Shown here piece after piece: positions 47,972-56,358 of a stretch of DNA of 64,000 nucleotides; the first letter of the stretch is position 1; the number at the start of each line of letters is the position of its first letter. Where the stretch lies: assembly GCA_027532775.1 (NCBI GenBank), contig JAPZTO010000006.1, forward strand, positions 136,047-200,046, in the 5' to 3' direction. Source of the stretch: Beijerinckiaceae bacterium (GTDB lineage Bacteria > Pseudomonadota > Alphaproteobacteria > Rhizobiales > Beijerinckiaceae). Position numbers and translations under genes: made by a program. The notes below the pieces were generated by a model. The model was given only the letters and a program-made list of their open reading frames with translations. It was not told where the DNA came from and made no database searches.

Positions 47972-48026
47972 GCGGCTGGAGCTGTCCTTCGGCTCCGCTC
48001 ACCCGGGAATGCCTGGAGACTGAACG

Positions 48027-49964
48027 ATGCCCCCCCCCTCATCCGCGTGGCTTGATGCGTTGCAGATGCCTGACGGCCAAGCGCTCCGCGCCCTCATCGA
48101 TGCCTGTCCGTCACGCGTTTCCGTTGTCACAGCGGACCATCGCTATCTCTATGCCAACCCCGAATTCCTGAACTTCATTGGGATTCCCCTTGAATCCTTG
48201 ATCGGCCGTGCGGCACGGGATGTGTTGGGACAGGATGTCTATGCTGCGTTCTCGGCAACGGCTCGCCAACTGAGGCCGGACCATTCACCGCGCTGGGAGG
48301 GCTGGATCAACTTCGCGAATGGGGCAAGGCGCAACATCGAGGTCACGATGGTGCCCTACACCCCCGTGGGGAACGTGATCGACGCGATTTTTGTCTTCGC
48401 GCGCGATCTCAGCGACGTGAAGCAGCAAGAACAGGAATTGCGGGAGAGCCTCGCAAGCCTGCAGCAGTCAGAATCTGCTCGCAACGCGTCCGAACAGGTC
48501 AACACCCAGATTGTGCGGAGTGCACTGGACGCATTCATCCTTGCGGACAGCGACGGCAAGATCCGCGACTTCAACCCCGCTGCCGAGGACATGCTCGGCT
48601 ACCGGCGCGAAGACGCGGTCGGAAAGCTGCTTTCTGAGCTGATCATCCCGCATGAGCACAGGGCTGCCCATGATGCCGGCATGAAGCGGTACATGGCCAC
48701 CGGTGTCTCGCGTGTGCTGGGCAAACGCATGCAACTCGAGGCGCTGGCCGTCACCGGCGAGCGCATTCCAGTCGAAGTCACGCTCAACGAGGTCAAGCTC
48801 CCCGACCAGCATCTCTTCACGGCGCATATGCGCGACCTGCGTGAAAGCCGACGCCAGCAGGCGGAAATCGAGGCGCAACGCTCGCGCATTACCCAGATCG
48901 AGAAACTCTCCGCGATGGGTTCATTGCTCGCGGGGGTTGCACATGAACTGAACAACCCGCTCGCCATTCTGCTTGCACAGGCGACCCTACTGCGCGAGAA
49001 GGCACCGTCCGGTGACATCCGGCAGCGGGCAGAGCGGATCCATGCAGCTGCAGAGCGCGCGGGCCGTATCGTCAAGAGCTTCCTGGCTCTCGCGCGCGAG
49101 AAGCCACCAGTCCGCGAGCTGTCGGACCTGAACCAGGTTATCGACAACACCCTGCAAATGCTTGCCTATGGCCTGCGGACAGCGGGAATCGAGGTTGAAA
49201 AGCACCTCGATCCGGGCATGCCGAGGCTCAGAATCGATTCCGACATGATTGGCCAGGTCATCGCCAATATCGTCCTGAACAGCCAGCAGGTTCTGATGAA
49301 CCACCCGAGGCCGCGGATCCTGACGCTGCGGACCCATGCTGCAATCGATCATGCGACACTCGAAATTGCGGATAACGGCCCCGGCGTGCCCGCCGAGGTG
49401 GCCGACCGGATCTTTGACCCTTTCTTCACAACCAAGCCGGCCGGTGTCGGCACCGGCATCGGGCTCGCGATCTGCAAGGACATTATCCAGGCGCATGGCG
49501 GCAAACTCGAGCTGGCGTCCGGCCCGGCACGCGGCGCTCTGTTCCGGATCACGCTTCCGCATGCGGCGGAGGAACCGGCGAATGCTGAGAGCGCGGAAGA
49601 GCAAGGGGCGGGCGAGCGCATCCTGGTGGTGGATGATGAAGTGGATGTCGGGGAGAGCCTCGGCGAAATCCTCGATGCACTGGGCCATCGCGTTACAGTG
49701 ACAGCCTCTGCTCTGCGGGGGCTCGACATGCTGCGCGCGGAACCCTTTGACCGCGTGTTTGTGGATCTCCGGATGCCGGAGATCAGCGGACATGAATTCC
49801 TGAGGGAGCTGCACGAGATGCAGCCTGCCGTGGCGGCCCGCAGCGTGCTGATGACCGGCGATACGGTCCGGGGTCCGGCAACGCTTCTCGGAGGGGTCGA
49901 TGTCCATGTGATGGAGAAGCCGTTTTCCTTCGACGACATCCGCACGGCCCTCGCCCGCGCCTGA
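48027..49964 (+). CDS. Soluble PAS-PAS hybrid histidine kinase with C-terminal receiver
   Basis: Two PAS domains (YLYANP; FNPAAEDMLGY...IIP), AGVAHELNNPL, DNGPGV, FFTTKPAGVGTGIGL, receiver LVVDDE/VDLRMP/EKPF. Confidence 0.93.
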   Translation: MPPPSSAWLDALQMPDGQALRALIDACPSRVSVVTADHRYLYANPEFLNFIGIPLESLIGRAARDVLGQDVYAAFSATARQLRPDHSPRWEGWINFANGARRNIEVTMVPYTPVGNVIDAIFVFARDLSDVKQQEQELRESLASLQQSESARNASEQVNTQIVRSALDAFILADSDGKIRDFNPAAEDMLGYRREDAVGKLLSELIIPHEHRAAHDAGMKRYMATGVSRVLGKRMQLEALAVTGERIPVEVTLNEVKLPDQHLFTAHMRDLRESRRQQAEIEAQRSRITQIEKLSAMGSLLAGVAHELNNPLAILLAQATLLREKAPSGDIRQRAERIHAAAERAGRIVKSFLALAREKPPVRELSDLNQVIDNTLQMLAYGLRTAGIEVEKHLDPGMPRLRIDSDMIGQVIANIVLNSQQVLMNHPRPRILTLRTHAAIDHATLEIADNGPGVPAEVADRIFDPFFTTKPAGVGTGIGLAICKDIIQAHGGKLELASGPARGALFRITLPHAAEEPANAESAEEQGAGERILVVDDEVDVGESLGEILDALGHRVTVTASALRGLDMLRAEPFDRVFVDLRMPEISGHEFLRELHEMQPAVAARSVLMTGDTVRGPATLLGGVDVHVMEKPFSFDDIRTALARA

Positions 49965-49988
49965 ACGGCGCCGGGATCCCATTCTCGG

Positions 49989-50016
49989 CGGGCCCGGCCT
50001 CGAAAGGCTGGGCCCG
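49989..50016. terminator. GC-rich hairpin between convergent genes
   Basis: CGGGCCCGGCCT-CGAA-AGGCTGGGCCCG; no clear U tract. Confidence 0.45.
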
Positions 50017-50046
50017 TCATGCGATCAAACCGGCGGTCGCGGTCTG

Positions 50047-50667
50047 TCAGAGCACGACCACGCGGGTGCCGACCCGGACACGGTTGTAGAGGTCGGTCAC
50101 GTCCTCGTTCAGCATCCGAATGCACCCCGAGGACACCGCCTCGCCGATGGATTCCGGCTCGTTGGAGCCATGGATCCGGTAGATCGACGAGCCGAGATAC
50201 AGGGCCCGGGCTCCGAGGGGGTTGTCCTCGCCGCCCTTCATATGGGTCGGCAGATCGGGACGGCGCTTCAGCATGGCTGCCGGCGGGCGCCAATCCGGCC
50301 ATTCCTGCTTCATCGAGACGGTGTGCGAGCCGGTCCAGCCGAAGCCCGGCCGACCGACGCCGACCGCGTAGCGAATGGCCTTGCCATTTTCGAGGACCAG
50401 GTAAAGCCGGCGCTCTGCGCTGTTTACCACGATGGTCCCGGGGACATGGCTGGTCTGGTACTCGACGACCGTCGGCGGGATGACGGGCCGCACGGGAGCC
50501 GAGGCGCGGTAGGGTTCAAGGTGCTTCGGATTCATGACCGAGGCGACCTGGACAGGGTTTCCTTCGGCGCGGGCGGCCGGGCTGGCAAGCGCCATGCCGG
50601 CGCCGAGGGCGACAGCGAGGGTCAAGGGAAGGAAGCGGGTGAAGCGATGGTTGGGACGGAAGGACAT
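50047..50667 (-). CDS. L,D-transpeptidase (YkuD/ErfK family)
   Basis: NPLGARALYL, RIHGSNEP, SSGCIRM; signal peptide. Confidence 0.94.
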   Translation of the reverse strand: MSFRPNHRFTRFLPLTLAVALGAGMALASPAARAEGNPVQVASVMNPKHLEPYRASAPVRPVIPPTVVEYQTSHVPGTIVVNSAERRLYLVLENGKAIRYAVGVGRPGFGWTGSHTVSMKQEWPDWRPPAAMLKRRPDLPTHMKGGEDNPLGARALYLGSSIYRIHGSNEPESIGEAVSSGCIRMLNEDVTDLYNRVRVGTRVVVL

Positions 50668-50780
50668 CTGCGGCTCTCGAGTAGGGTGTCGGGGATCTCT
50701 GAGGTCGTTGATCTTCGGGGTTTTCAGGCTTCGCCTTGCAGCGATGTATTCGTTTCGATGGTCATGGTTTCGCAGGCTGT

Positions 50781-50945
50781 TGTTTCGTGAAGCCGCCGCC
50801 CGGTGGCGCCGGATGTTTCAACCCGTGAAACAATGTCCTTTTGGCCGAACGCTCAGGGGAAGGCTGTGTGGTGACGCACAGGTGGCAAAGGGCTCGGCCT
50901 TGCGGGTCCGCCATGCAGGGCGCCCGCGGTGAAACATTTGAAACA
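50781..50945. promoter_or_regulatory. TGAAACA motifs in the divergent ldt/51021 intergenic region
   Basis: Minus copies at 50814-50820 and 50781-50787 (CGAAACA); plus copies at 50826, 50930 and 50939. Confidence 0.5.
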
Positions 50946-51020
50946 GCCCTGATGGATCGGCAGCTGCGGTGGGAAATCCGCCACTGCGAGAACGGCTTCA
51001 TGAGACTTCAGGAGCCATCC

Positions 51021-52382
51021 ATGATCAATGCCGCTCGCATTCCCGACACGCTCGCCCTCGCCATTCTGGCTGGCGTCGCACTTTCTCCCGTCACGTCCAC
51101 CTTCGCGCAGGGCGCAGGCCCGTCTCCCGAGCGCTGCACCGCTGACGGCATCGACTGGGCCAAGTCTGCCGTCTATGCCCGCGCCCGCCATTTCTCCGAT
51201 GCCGGACGGGAACCTCGCGCGCCGGTCATCTGCACGGTGACCCGCGTGGTCGAGGCCAAGCTGGGCCAAACACTGCTCCGGCTGACCGAGGGCCGACTCA
51301 ACATGGAAAAGGCCGATGGCGTCCAATTGCCGGTCCGGTTGATCGATGTCGCCCGGATGGAGGCCGATGGCCCGCGCTCGCTGGCGAGGCTGCTGCTGGA
51401 TGGTGACCCTGTGAACCGGGCAGAGATTTTCGAACCGCAGTTCAACAACGCGGATGGTACGATCCTCGTCCGGCTCGCGCCGCGGCATGACTGGATTTTC
51501 GCCGTGACGGGCAACACCGTCACCGCCGTGCCGGCCTTTGACTGGCAGGAACAGGTCCGGGCGACGCTGCCGGCGGACCAGCGCCATGGCCGCGTGCTGT
51601 CCATCGATGTCGAGCGCATGGAAGGGCGGCTGGCCCTGCGTCGCTCCGGGACGAATCCGGCAGAGCCACTGCCAAGCGCCTTCGAGGACAGCCGCATGGC
51701 GGTCGCGAAACTTGCCTTCCGCAACGGCAAGCTGGAGGTCGACTCCACAACCATTGCTGCGCGAAAGCCCGATGACGAGTTGCTGTTCGCCGAGTTTGCC
51801 GACTCGGAAGAGGACATTCGCAAGAAGGCAGGCAAACTGCCGCCGCGGGTTGAGCCTTGCGCGCTGGGCGGGTGGTCGAACGACACTGACCGGAAGGGCC
51901 TGAATGTCCGGGCAGCGCCAAATGCTGCTGCTCCGGTCCTCGGCATCGTTCCGCCGCCACGCCGGGACAGGCAGACCGAGAACGAGTTCGGGCCCGATCC
52001 GATCAAGGCCGAATTTACAGTCCTCGGCTTTCGTGACGGCTGGTTCCTGATCGGCGAAATCACCGCCCCCGGCGTGGCTTACGGCGTCGCTTATCCCCGC
52101 AAGGCACCCAAACCCTACAAGGGGCAGGGCTGGGTCCATGCGCGGCTGGTCGGCGGCGCGTTGGCCAATGGTGGCTTGCCGACCGGCCAGTTGCATGTGT
52201 CGCCGCATGCCGATTCCGCGACGCTGGAGGTTCGTGACGAGGATGGAAACCCGATCGGCCTTGATGGCACGCCCTTTACCCTTCTCGCTTGCTCGGGCCG
52301 ATGGGGCCTCGTGGAGTTCAAGGGCGGCAAGCGCGGCTGGTGGCGCTCGATCTGCTCGAATCAAGTCACGAACTGCAGCTGA
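51021..52382 (+). CDS. Exported protein with two C-terminal SH3-like repeats
   Basis: Signal peptide; DTDRKGLNVRAAP, RDGWFLI, GQGWVHARL, CSGRWGLVE..GWWRSICSNQVTNC. Confidence 0.7.
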   Translation: MINAARIPDTLALAILAGVALSPVTSTFAQGAGPSPERCTADGIDWAKSAVYARARHFSDAGREPRAPVICTVTRVVEAKLGQTLLRLTEGRLNMEKADGVQLPVRLIDVARMEADGPRSLARLLLDGDPVNRAEIFEPQFNNADGTILVRLAPRHDWIFAVTGNTVTAVPAFDWQEQVRATLPADQRHGRVLSIDVERMEGRLALRRSGTNPAEPLPSAFEDSRMAVAKLAFRNGKLEVDSTTIAARKPDDELLFAEFADSEEDIRKKAGKLPPRVEPCALGGWSNDTDRKGLNVRAAPNAAAPVLGIVPPPRRDRQTENEFGPDPIKAEFTVLGFRDGWFLIGEITAPGVAYGVAYPRKAPKPYKGQGWVHARLVGGALANGGLPTGQLHVSPHADSATLEVRDEDGNPIGLDGTPFTLLACSGRWGLVEFKGGKRGWWRSICSNQVTNCS

Positions 52383-52428
52383 GGCCGCGGTCCGGAAACA
52401 ATCAACATCTCTGAAGGAGAACCAATCG

Positions 52429-52752
52429 ATGAAACGCAGCTTTTCCTTTGCCGGTGCGATGGCCGGCCTTCTCGTGGTGATTGCGGGCGCCATGCCCGCT
52501 GGAGCCACCGGCTTCTGCCATCTCCGCAAGACCGCAGACGGCTTCGTGGCCTTGAGAGCCGAGCCGAGTCCGGCAGCGAAAATGGTCGGCCGGATGCGCC
52601 CGAGCGACGAAGTGCTCATCGGAGAAGGCGAGAAGGGGCAATGGGTCGAAGTGACGTGGTGGCGCGGCACCGAGCGCCTCGACAAGGGATTCGAGAAGCA
52701 TGCCGGAAAAGGCTGGGTCAATCGCCGCCTGATCGCCGATGATTGTGGCTGA
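52429..52752 (+). CDS. Exported bacterial SH3-like domain protein
   Basis: AAGGAG RBS; DGFVALRAEPSPAAKMV, QWVEV, KGWV; paralogous to 42794-43123. Confidence 0.72.
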   Translation: MKRSFSFAGAMAGLLVVIAGAMPAGATGFCHLRKTADGFVALRAEPSPAAKMVGRMRPSDEVLIGEGEKGQWVEVTWWRGTERLDKGFEKHAGKGWVNRRLIADDCG

Positions 52753-52888
52753 ATGCAAAAGACCCTTGCGTCGTCGGCCAATGCCCCAGAGCCCGATCGC
52801 AGGGCCTGATGCGGCCCGGCACATCTCTCCCCGGTACCGGCCGGCCAACAGGGCCGCTGACGTTTCGCGACGCGCGTGCCGAAAGACG

Positions 52889-52917
52889 TTGCCAGCCCCG
52901 GATTGAGCCCCTATAAG
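52889..52917 (+). promoter_or_regulatory. Sigma70 promoter of tRNA-Pro
   Basis: TTGCCA-N17-TATAAG followed by a GC-rich discriminator before the tRNA. Confidence 0.65.
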
Positions 52918-52928
52918 CCGGGGCTCGT

Positions 52929-53006
52929 CGGAGTGTAGCGCAGCCTGGTTAGCGCACTAGTCTGGGGGACTAGGGGTCGTGGGTTCGAATCCCGCCACTC
53001 CGACCA
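52929..53006 (+). tRNA. tRNA-Pro (GGG)
   Basis: Cloverleaf: CGGAGTG/CACTCCG acceptor stem, GCGC D-stem, CTAGT-CTGGGGG-ACTAG anticodon arm, GTGGG-TTCGAAT-CCCGC T-arm, encoded CCA. Confidence 0.97.
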
Positions 53007-53007
53007 T
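52961..53007 (+). repeat. att core repeat (tRNA-proximal copy, 47 bp)
   Basis: tctgggggactaggggtcgtgggttcgaatcccgccactccgaccat, repeated at 57824. Confidence 0.92.
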
Positions 53008-53072
53008 TCTAAGCATCTGAATTTGATGACAAATTCAAACTGACTGTTCTCGATTTTATTCTCAACTATGCC

Positions 53073-53095
53073 TTGGGTCGTCACCGGGTCGTCAC
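53073..53095 (+). repeat. Candidate integrase arm-type site (left)
   Basis: ttgggtcgtcaccgggtcgtcac (GGGTCGTCAC twice), identical to 57684-57706. Confidence 0.75.
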
Positions 53096-53122
53096 GTGTC
53101 GGCATTTTCGGGAGGCCACAGC

Positions 53123-53497
53123 ATGTTCACCGGGCACGAGTATCAATCGGAATTCACCGAGGTCTGCCAGAAACTGGCAGGCGAAGCCAAATCCGAAAGC
53201 GAAGTGAAAAATGCACTGATTGGACTCGAATGGATAATCTGGGAGGCCATTCGCGGAGCACTCATTCAAGGGTCAGCTGTTTTAGGGTTTGGTTTTGTTT
53301 TTATTCCCGCATACGCGCTTGGGGTTAATCCGCGAGAGAACTGGAGCACAGGACTTTTCTTGCTCTGTCTTGCTCTGGCGGCAATGCTCCTGATCTATTG
53401 GACGCTTCGCCTGTCGCTCTTTTTGGGCCTCACGAAACACGTGCGTAGCCATCGATTCGGGAAACTCGATTTCCAAAACGATCCGACTACCGACTAG
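53123..53497 (+). CDS. Island cargo: small 2-TM hypothetical protein
   Basis: GGGAGG RBS before ATG 53123; two hydrophobic segments. Confidence 0.6.
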   Translation: MFTGHEYQSEFTEVCQKLAGEAKSESEVKNALIGLEWIIWEAIRGALIQGSAVLGFGFVFIPAYALGVNPRENWSTGLFLLCLALAAMLLIYWTLRLSLFLGLTKHVRSHRFGKLDFQNDPTTD

Positions 53498-53974
53498 GGC
53501 TTGAACTGCCAACTGCATAGCGCTGTCCCCGACGACTGATACGTGTGAGTTCCCCAACACCCTTCACAATTGGGCCGGCGTATCATTCGCGAACCGCTAT
53601 CCACCGTTAGAAATCGGTCGCTCACGCCACGCTTTCCAATATTCCCCTGTATCTTCTGGCGGGTCGCGCATCTACGCGCGCGCCCGTGCGTATTGCTGTC
53701 GAAACGCTACGTGGAGATGTGCGCGCTAACCGAAGTGCGTTTCTAATCCCGGACAATCCCAGAAAGGAACTCGCTTCGTTCACTCATGAAGCATGGCAAA
53801 TCACGAGGCTTGTTGTCAAAGCAACAAAAATGGCTCTGCCTCGCACCAATTTGCAGTGGTCTTAGAGGACCGCAGCCAACAAAACGCTTGGCGAGCAGCT
53901 TTGGTTGCCATAAGCCTTGCCAAAAGGCGATCCAAATGGGGGACGCCAGACCAAGATGATGGAGGTACATTTTA

Positions 53975-54515
53975 GTGTTCTTCAAAAAGATATCTGAAGA
54001 AAATGAAATATCTCAACTTGGCCGGTTTGCAGGGCAGCATTTAGCATTCGCGTCGACCGTTTTATCTAATGATGGTCAAGTTATTCCCTTTGCAGTTTGT
54101 TTTCATGTTGGCCTGATAAAGGGCACCATGATAAACAAGCAGGTTTTTGTTGCCGATAGCTACGAAGAAAGCTGTTATCATGCGCAGATTTGGTTTGATA
54201 ACCCCCCCCTTTAAGAACGTAAAAAAAGTAGCGATGTGCTTTGATGGTTTTATTACAATAAATGACGTTAGATCAGACGCTCTGTTCGTGGTGACAAAGT
54301 CTGGCACTACGGATATCATGTTTCAAGTTGCGCTCCCTTACTCGAAAACAGAGAGCAACGAATACTATTTTGAGAAGCCCTTGATAATGTTTCCTGAAGG
54401 AAAATCACGGCTTCAGTCGCTCTCCAACGATGTAGAGTTGGCTGTTTACGCCGGTCGTGCGGATTCTGGCATTCCAAGAGGTGAAATCCCAAAATGGGGA
54501 AAATCTTTCCATTAG
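53975..54515 (+). pseudogene. Island cargo gene split by a C8 homopolymer frameshift
   Basis: GGAGG RBS before GTG 53975; frame 1 ends ...WFDNPPL* just after C8 (54202-54209); with C7 it reads ...WFDNPPFKNVKK... through to stop 54515 (179 aa). Confidence 0.65.
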
Positions 54516-54791
54516 AAGACTTGCGCCTCATGTCGTTACCCCAACAGACAGGCCGACACACCGAATGCGCAACGCTCTTGCCAATGTCGGACTTTGCAGA
54601 CGACCCGGTCTAATAGTTATTTTAGCTGCCACGCCCGAATGGCGCGTACAGGCTGAAAATGCAGGGGCGGGATAAAATCCCGTGTTATTATCGCAGCTTG
54701 CATTGGCGTTTATCTGGCAGGGGCCGCCCGGCGGCTTTCCTTGCGTCTCGCGGGCGGCACTATCGCGTCCCATATTCGGCACCGTTCAGTC

Positions 54792-55169
54792 TCAGAAGCG
54801 GGACGGTTGCCATGCCTCGAAAGCGAGGGTCGCCGGGTCGCCGGTTGCGTCGTTTGGATAGGTGGCGAGCGCATAGCGACTTGGCTTGTTCCGGGATTGA
54901 AACTTTCCGACGCGCACAACCGCAATCCAGCCACATGCCTCCAACTCGTTAAGCGCACGCGCGCCTTGCGACTTGCCTTTGCCGATGGCCTCGCCAGCCT
55001 GCCGAACGCTGAAATCCCTCAGGCCGTTTTCGCCGTGCCGATAGTGCGCAAGCATGAACGCCAACAGCTTTACGGCATCGCCGGAAAGTTCTCGCCATGC
55101 TGGCAGCGTGAGCCATTCGGCATAGATTCTTGCATGCCGCCTGTCGCGGAATTGAGTTGCGCGGGCCAT
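54792..55169 (-). CDS. Winged-HTH protein, possibly replication-related
   Basis: AWRELSGDAVKLL...FSVRQAGEAIGKGKSQGARALNELEACGWI pattern. Confidence 0.62.
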   Translation of the reverse strand: MARATQFRDRRHARIYAEWLTLPAWRELSGDAVKLLAFMLAHYRHGENGLRDFSVRQAGEAIGKGKSQGARALNELEACGWIAVVRVGKFQSRNKPSRYALATYPNDATGDPATLAFEAWQPSRF

Positions 55170-55273
55170 GTCAGTCCACCATCCGCGCTAGAAGGGCCAG
55201 GAATGGGCCAAGGATGGAATCGGCCCGGTGAATGAGGGCGGGGAAGAATCCCCGCCCATGGGCGTGCCAAGCC

Positions 55274-55552
55274 TCAGGAACGCGCATCGTCGCCATCCGG
55301 GGCAATGAGGCCGCGTGCACAAGCCTCACCATAGGCTCCGCATATGGCATCCGCGAGTTTGGGCAGATGGGAAAGTCCCAAGGCGAGGCCATCCCTGCCC
55401 GGACGCATGACGCCATCCGGCGCGGCATAAAAGACGCGCAGGTGGATGATGGTTCGCCCTTGGAAGCTGTCCAAGAGCACGCGGATCGTTTCGCGGTTCG
55501 AGCGAGGCCATTCATCAATCACGATAGGAAAAGCGGGACGGTTCATGCGCAC
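55274..55552 (-). CDS. PC4/transcriptional coactivator p15-like ssDNA-binding protein
   Basis: ETIRVLLDSFQGRTIIHLRVFY..DGVMRPGRDGLAL..LPKL pattern. Confidence 0.72.
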   Translation of the reverse strand: MRMNRPAFPIVIDEWPRSNRETIRVLLDSFQGRTIIHLRVFYAAPDGVMRPGRDGLALGLSHLPKLADAICGAYGEACARGLIAPDGDDARS

Positions 55553-55555
55553 GTG

Positions 55556-55762
55556 TCAGGCCGCGCGCGTCGTGGAGATGCGCCGATGCTGAGCAAGCCA
55601 CGCATCAAGGTCGTGCTGGGCGTAAAGGCATCGTCGCCCGATTTTGAGGTAAACCGGGCCTTTGCCCGTCATCCGGAGCTTTTCGAGGGTGGATTCGCCC
55701 AAGCCCAGATATGCTGCCGCCTCGGAAGTGTTGAGTGTCGTGAAGCCGTTCGCAACGGTCAT
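55556..55762 (-). CDS. AlpA/excisionase-like HTH protein
   Basis: LNTSEAAAYLGLGESTLEKLRMTGKGPVYLKIGRRCLY..DLDAWL. Confidence 0.88.
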   Translation of the reverse strand: MTVANGFTTLNTSEAAAYLGLGESTLEKLRMTGKGPVYLKIGRRCLYAQHDLDAWLAQHRRISTTRAA

Positions 55763-55873
55763 CCGCTTTTCCTTTCTGCCAGCAGGGGGCGCGGGATGCG
55801 CGCTGGCCCCCTTTGAAGAGCACAGGAAAAACGTGGCGGGTGGTCGCTAATTCAGACGCGGGCCGTGACTAAT

Positions 55874-56356
55874 TCAAACGACGTGTCTGCATTTTTGCAG
55901 GCTACGGCGGGCCGCGCTAACAGCCGCAACGAAATGGTCATGCGACATCAATCCCGCCTCAATGCGCCTGTGCAGCAACCAAACGACAATCTCCATGTCG
56001 CTTTTGGCCAGCAGGTCCTTGGCAAGGCTTTTGTCGCGCGGCGAGTGCCAAGTATCAGGATTGCGTTCGCGGAATAGTCTCACGAATGCGAGAGCGTTAA
56101 GTGCATCCCTGTTTCGGGTGTCCGGTGCTGGCTTCGGTCCTCGCTTCCCGGGAACCGCGAGAATGCCGCCAAACGGCTTTCCTCCGTTCGCGCCCTTCCT
56201 CTGGGGGCTTGCCAAGAGAACGCGCAAAATCTTGAATTTGACGTTGTCACGGATGGCGGGCGGCACCTTGGCTAGCGGCTGCCGAGCAAAATCAAGATTC
56301 CTGTCCTTGGCTATGGATTTCCTGCCCGCACCGGGTCGTTTACCACCGCTAGGCAC
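55874..56356 (-). CDS. Basic hypothetical protein coupled to the integrase
   Basis: GTG 2 nt after the int stop; N-terminal GGKRPGAGRK. Confidence 0.55.
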   Translation of the reverse strand: MPSGGKRPGAGRKSIAKDRNLDFARQPLAKVPPAIRDNVKFKILRVLLASPQRKGANGGKPFGGILAVPGKRGPKPAPDTRNRDALNALAFVRLFRERNPDTWHSPRDKSLAKDLLAKSDMEIVVWLLHRRIEAGLMSHDHFVAAVSAARRSLQKCRHVV

Positions 56357-56358
56357 GG

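Noticed and set aside
52911-53105. 64 aa minus-strand ORF (WSEWRDSNPRPLVPQTSAL); likewise the end of 57833-58228
   Set aside because: Typical antisense translation of a tRNA gene and of its att copy.
53498-53974. Short ORFs in the AT-richer island spacer (53282-53560, 53743-53985, 53793-53975)
   Set aside because: No RBS or motif support and they overlap one another; treated as non-coding or degraded.
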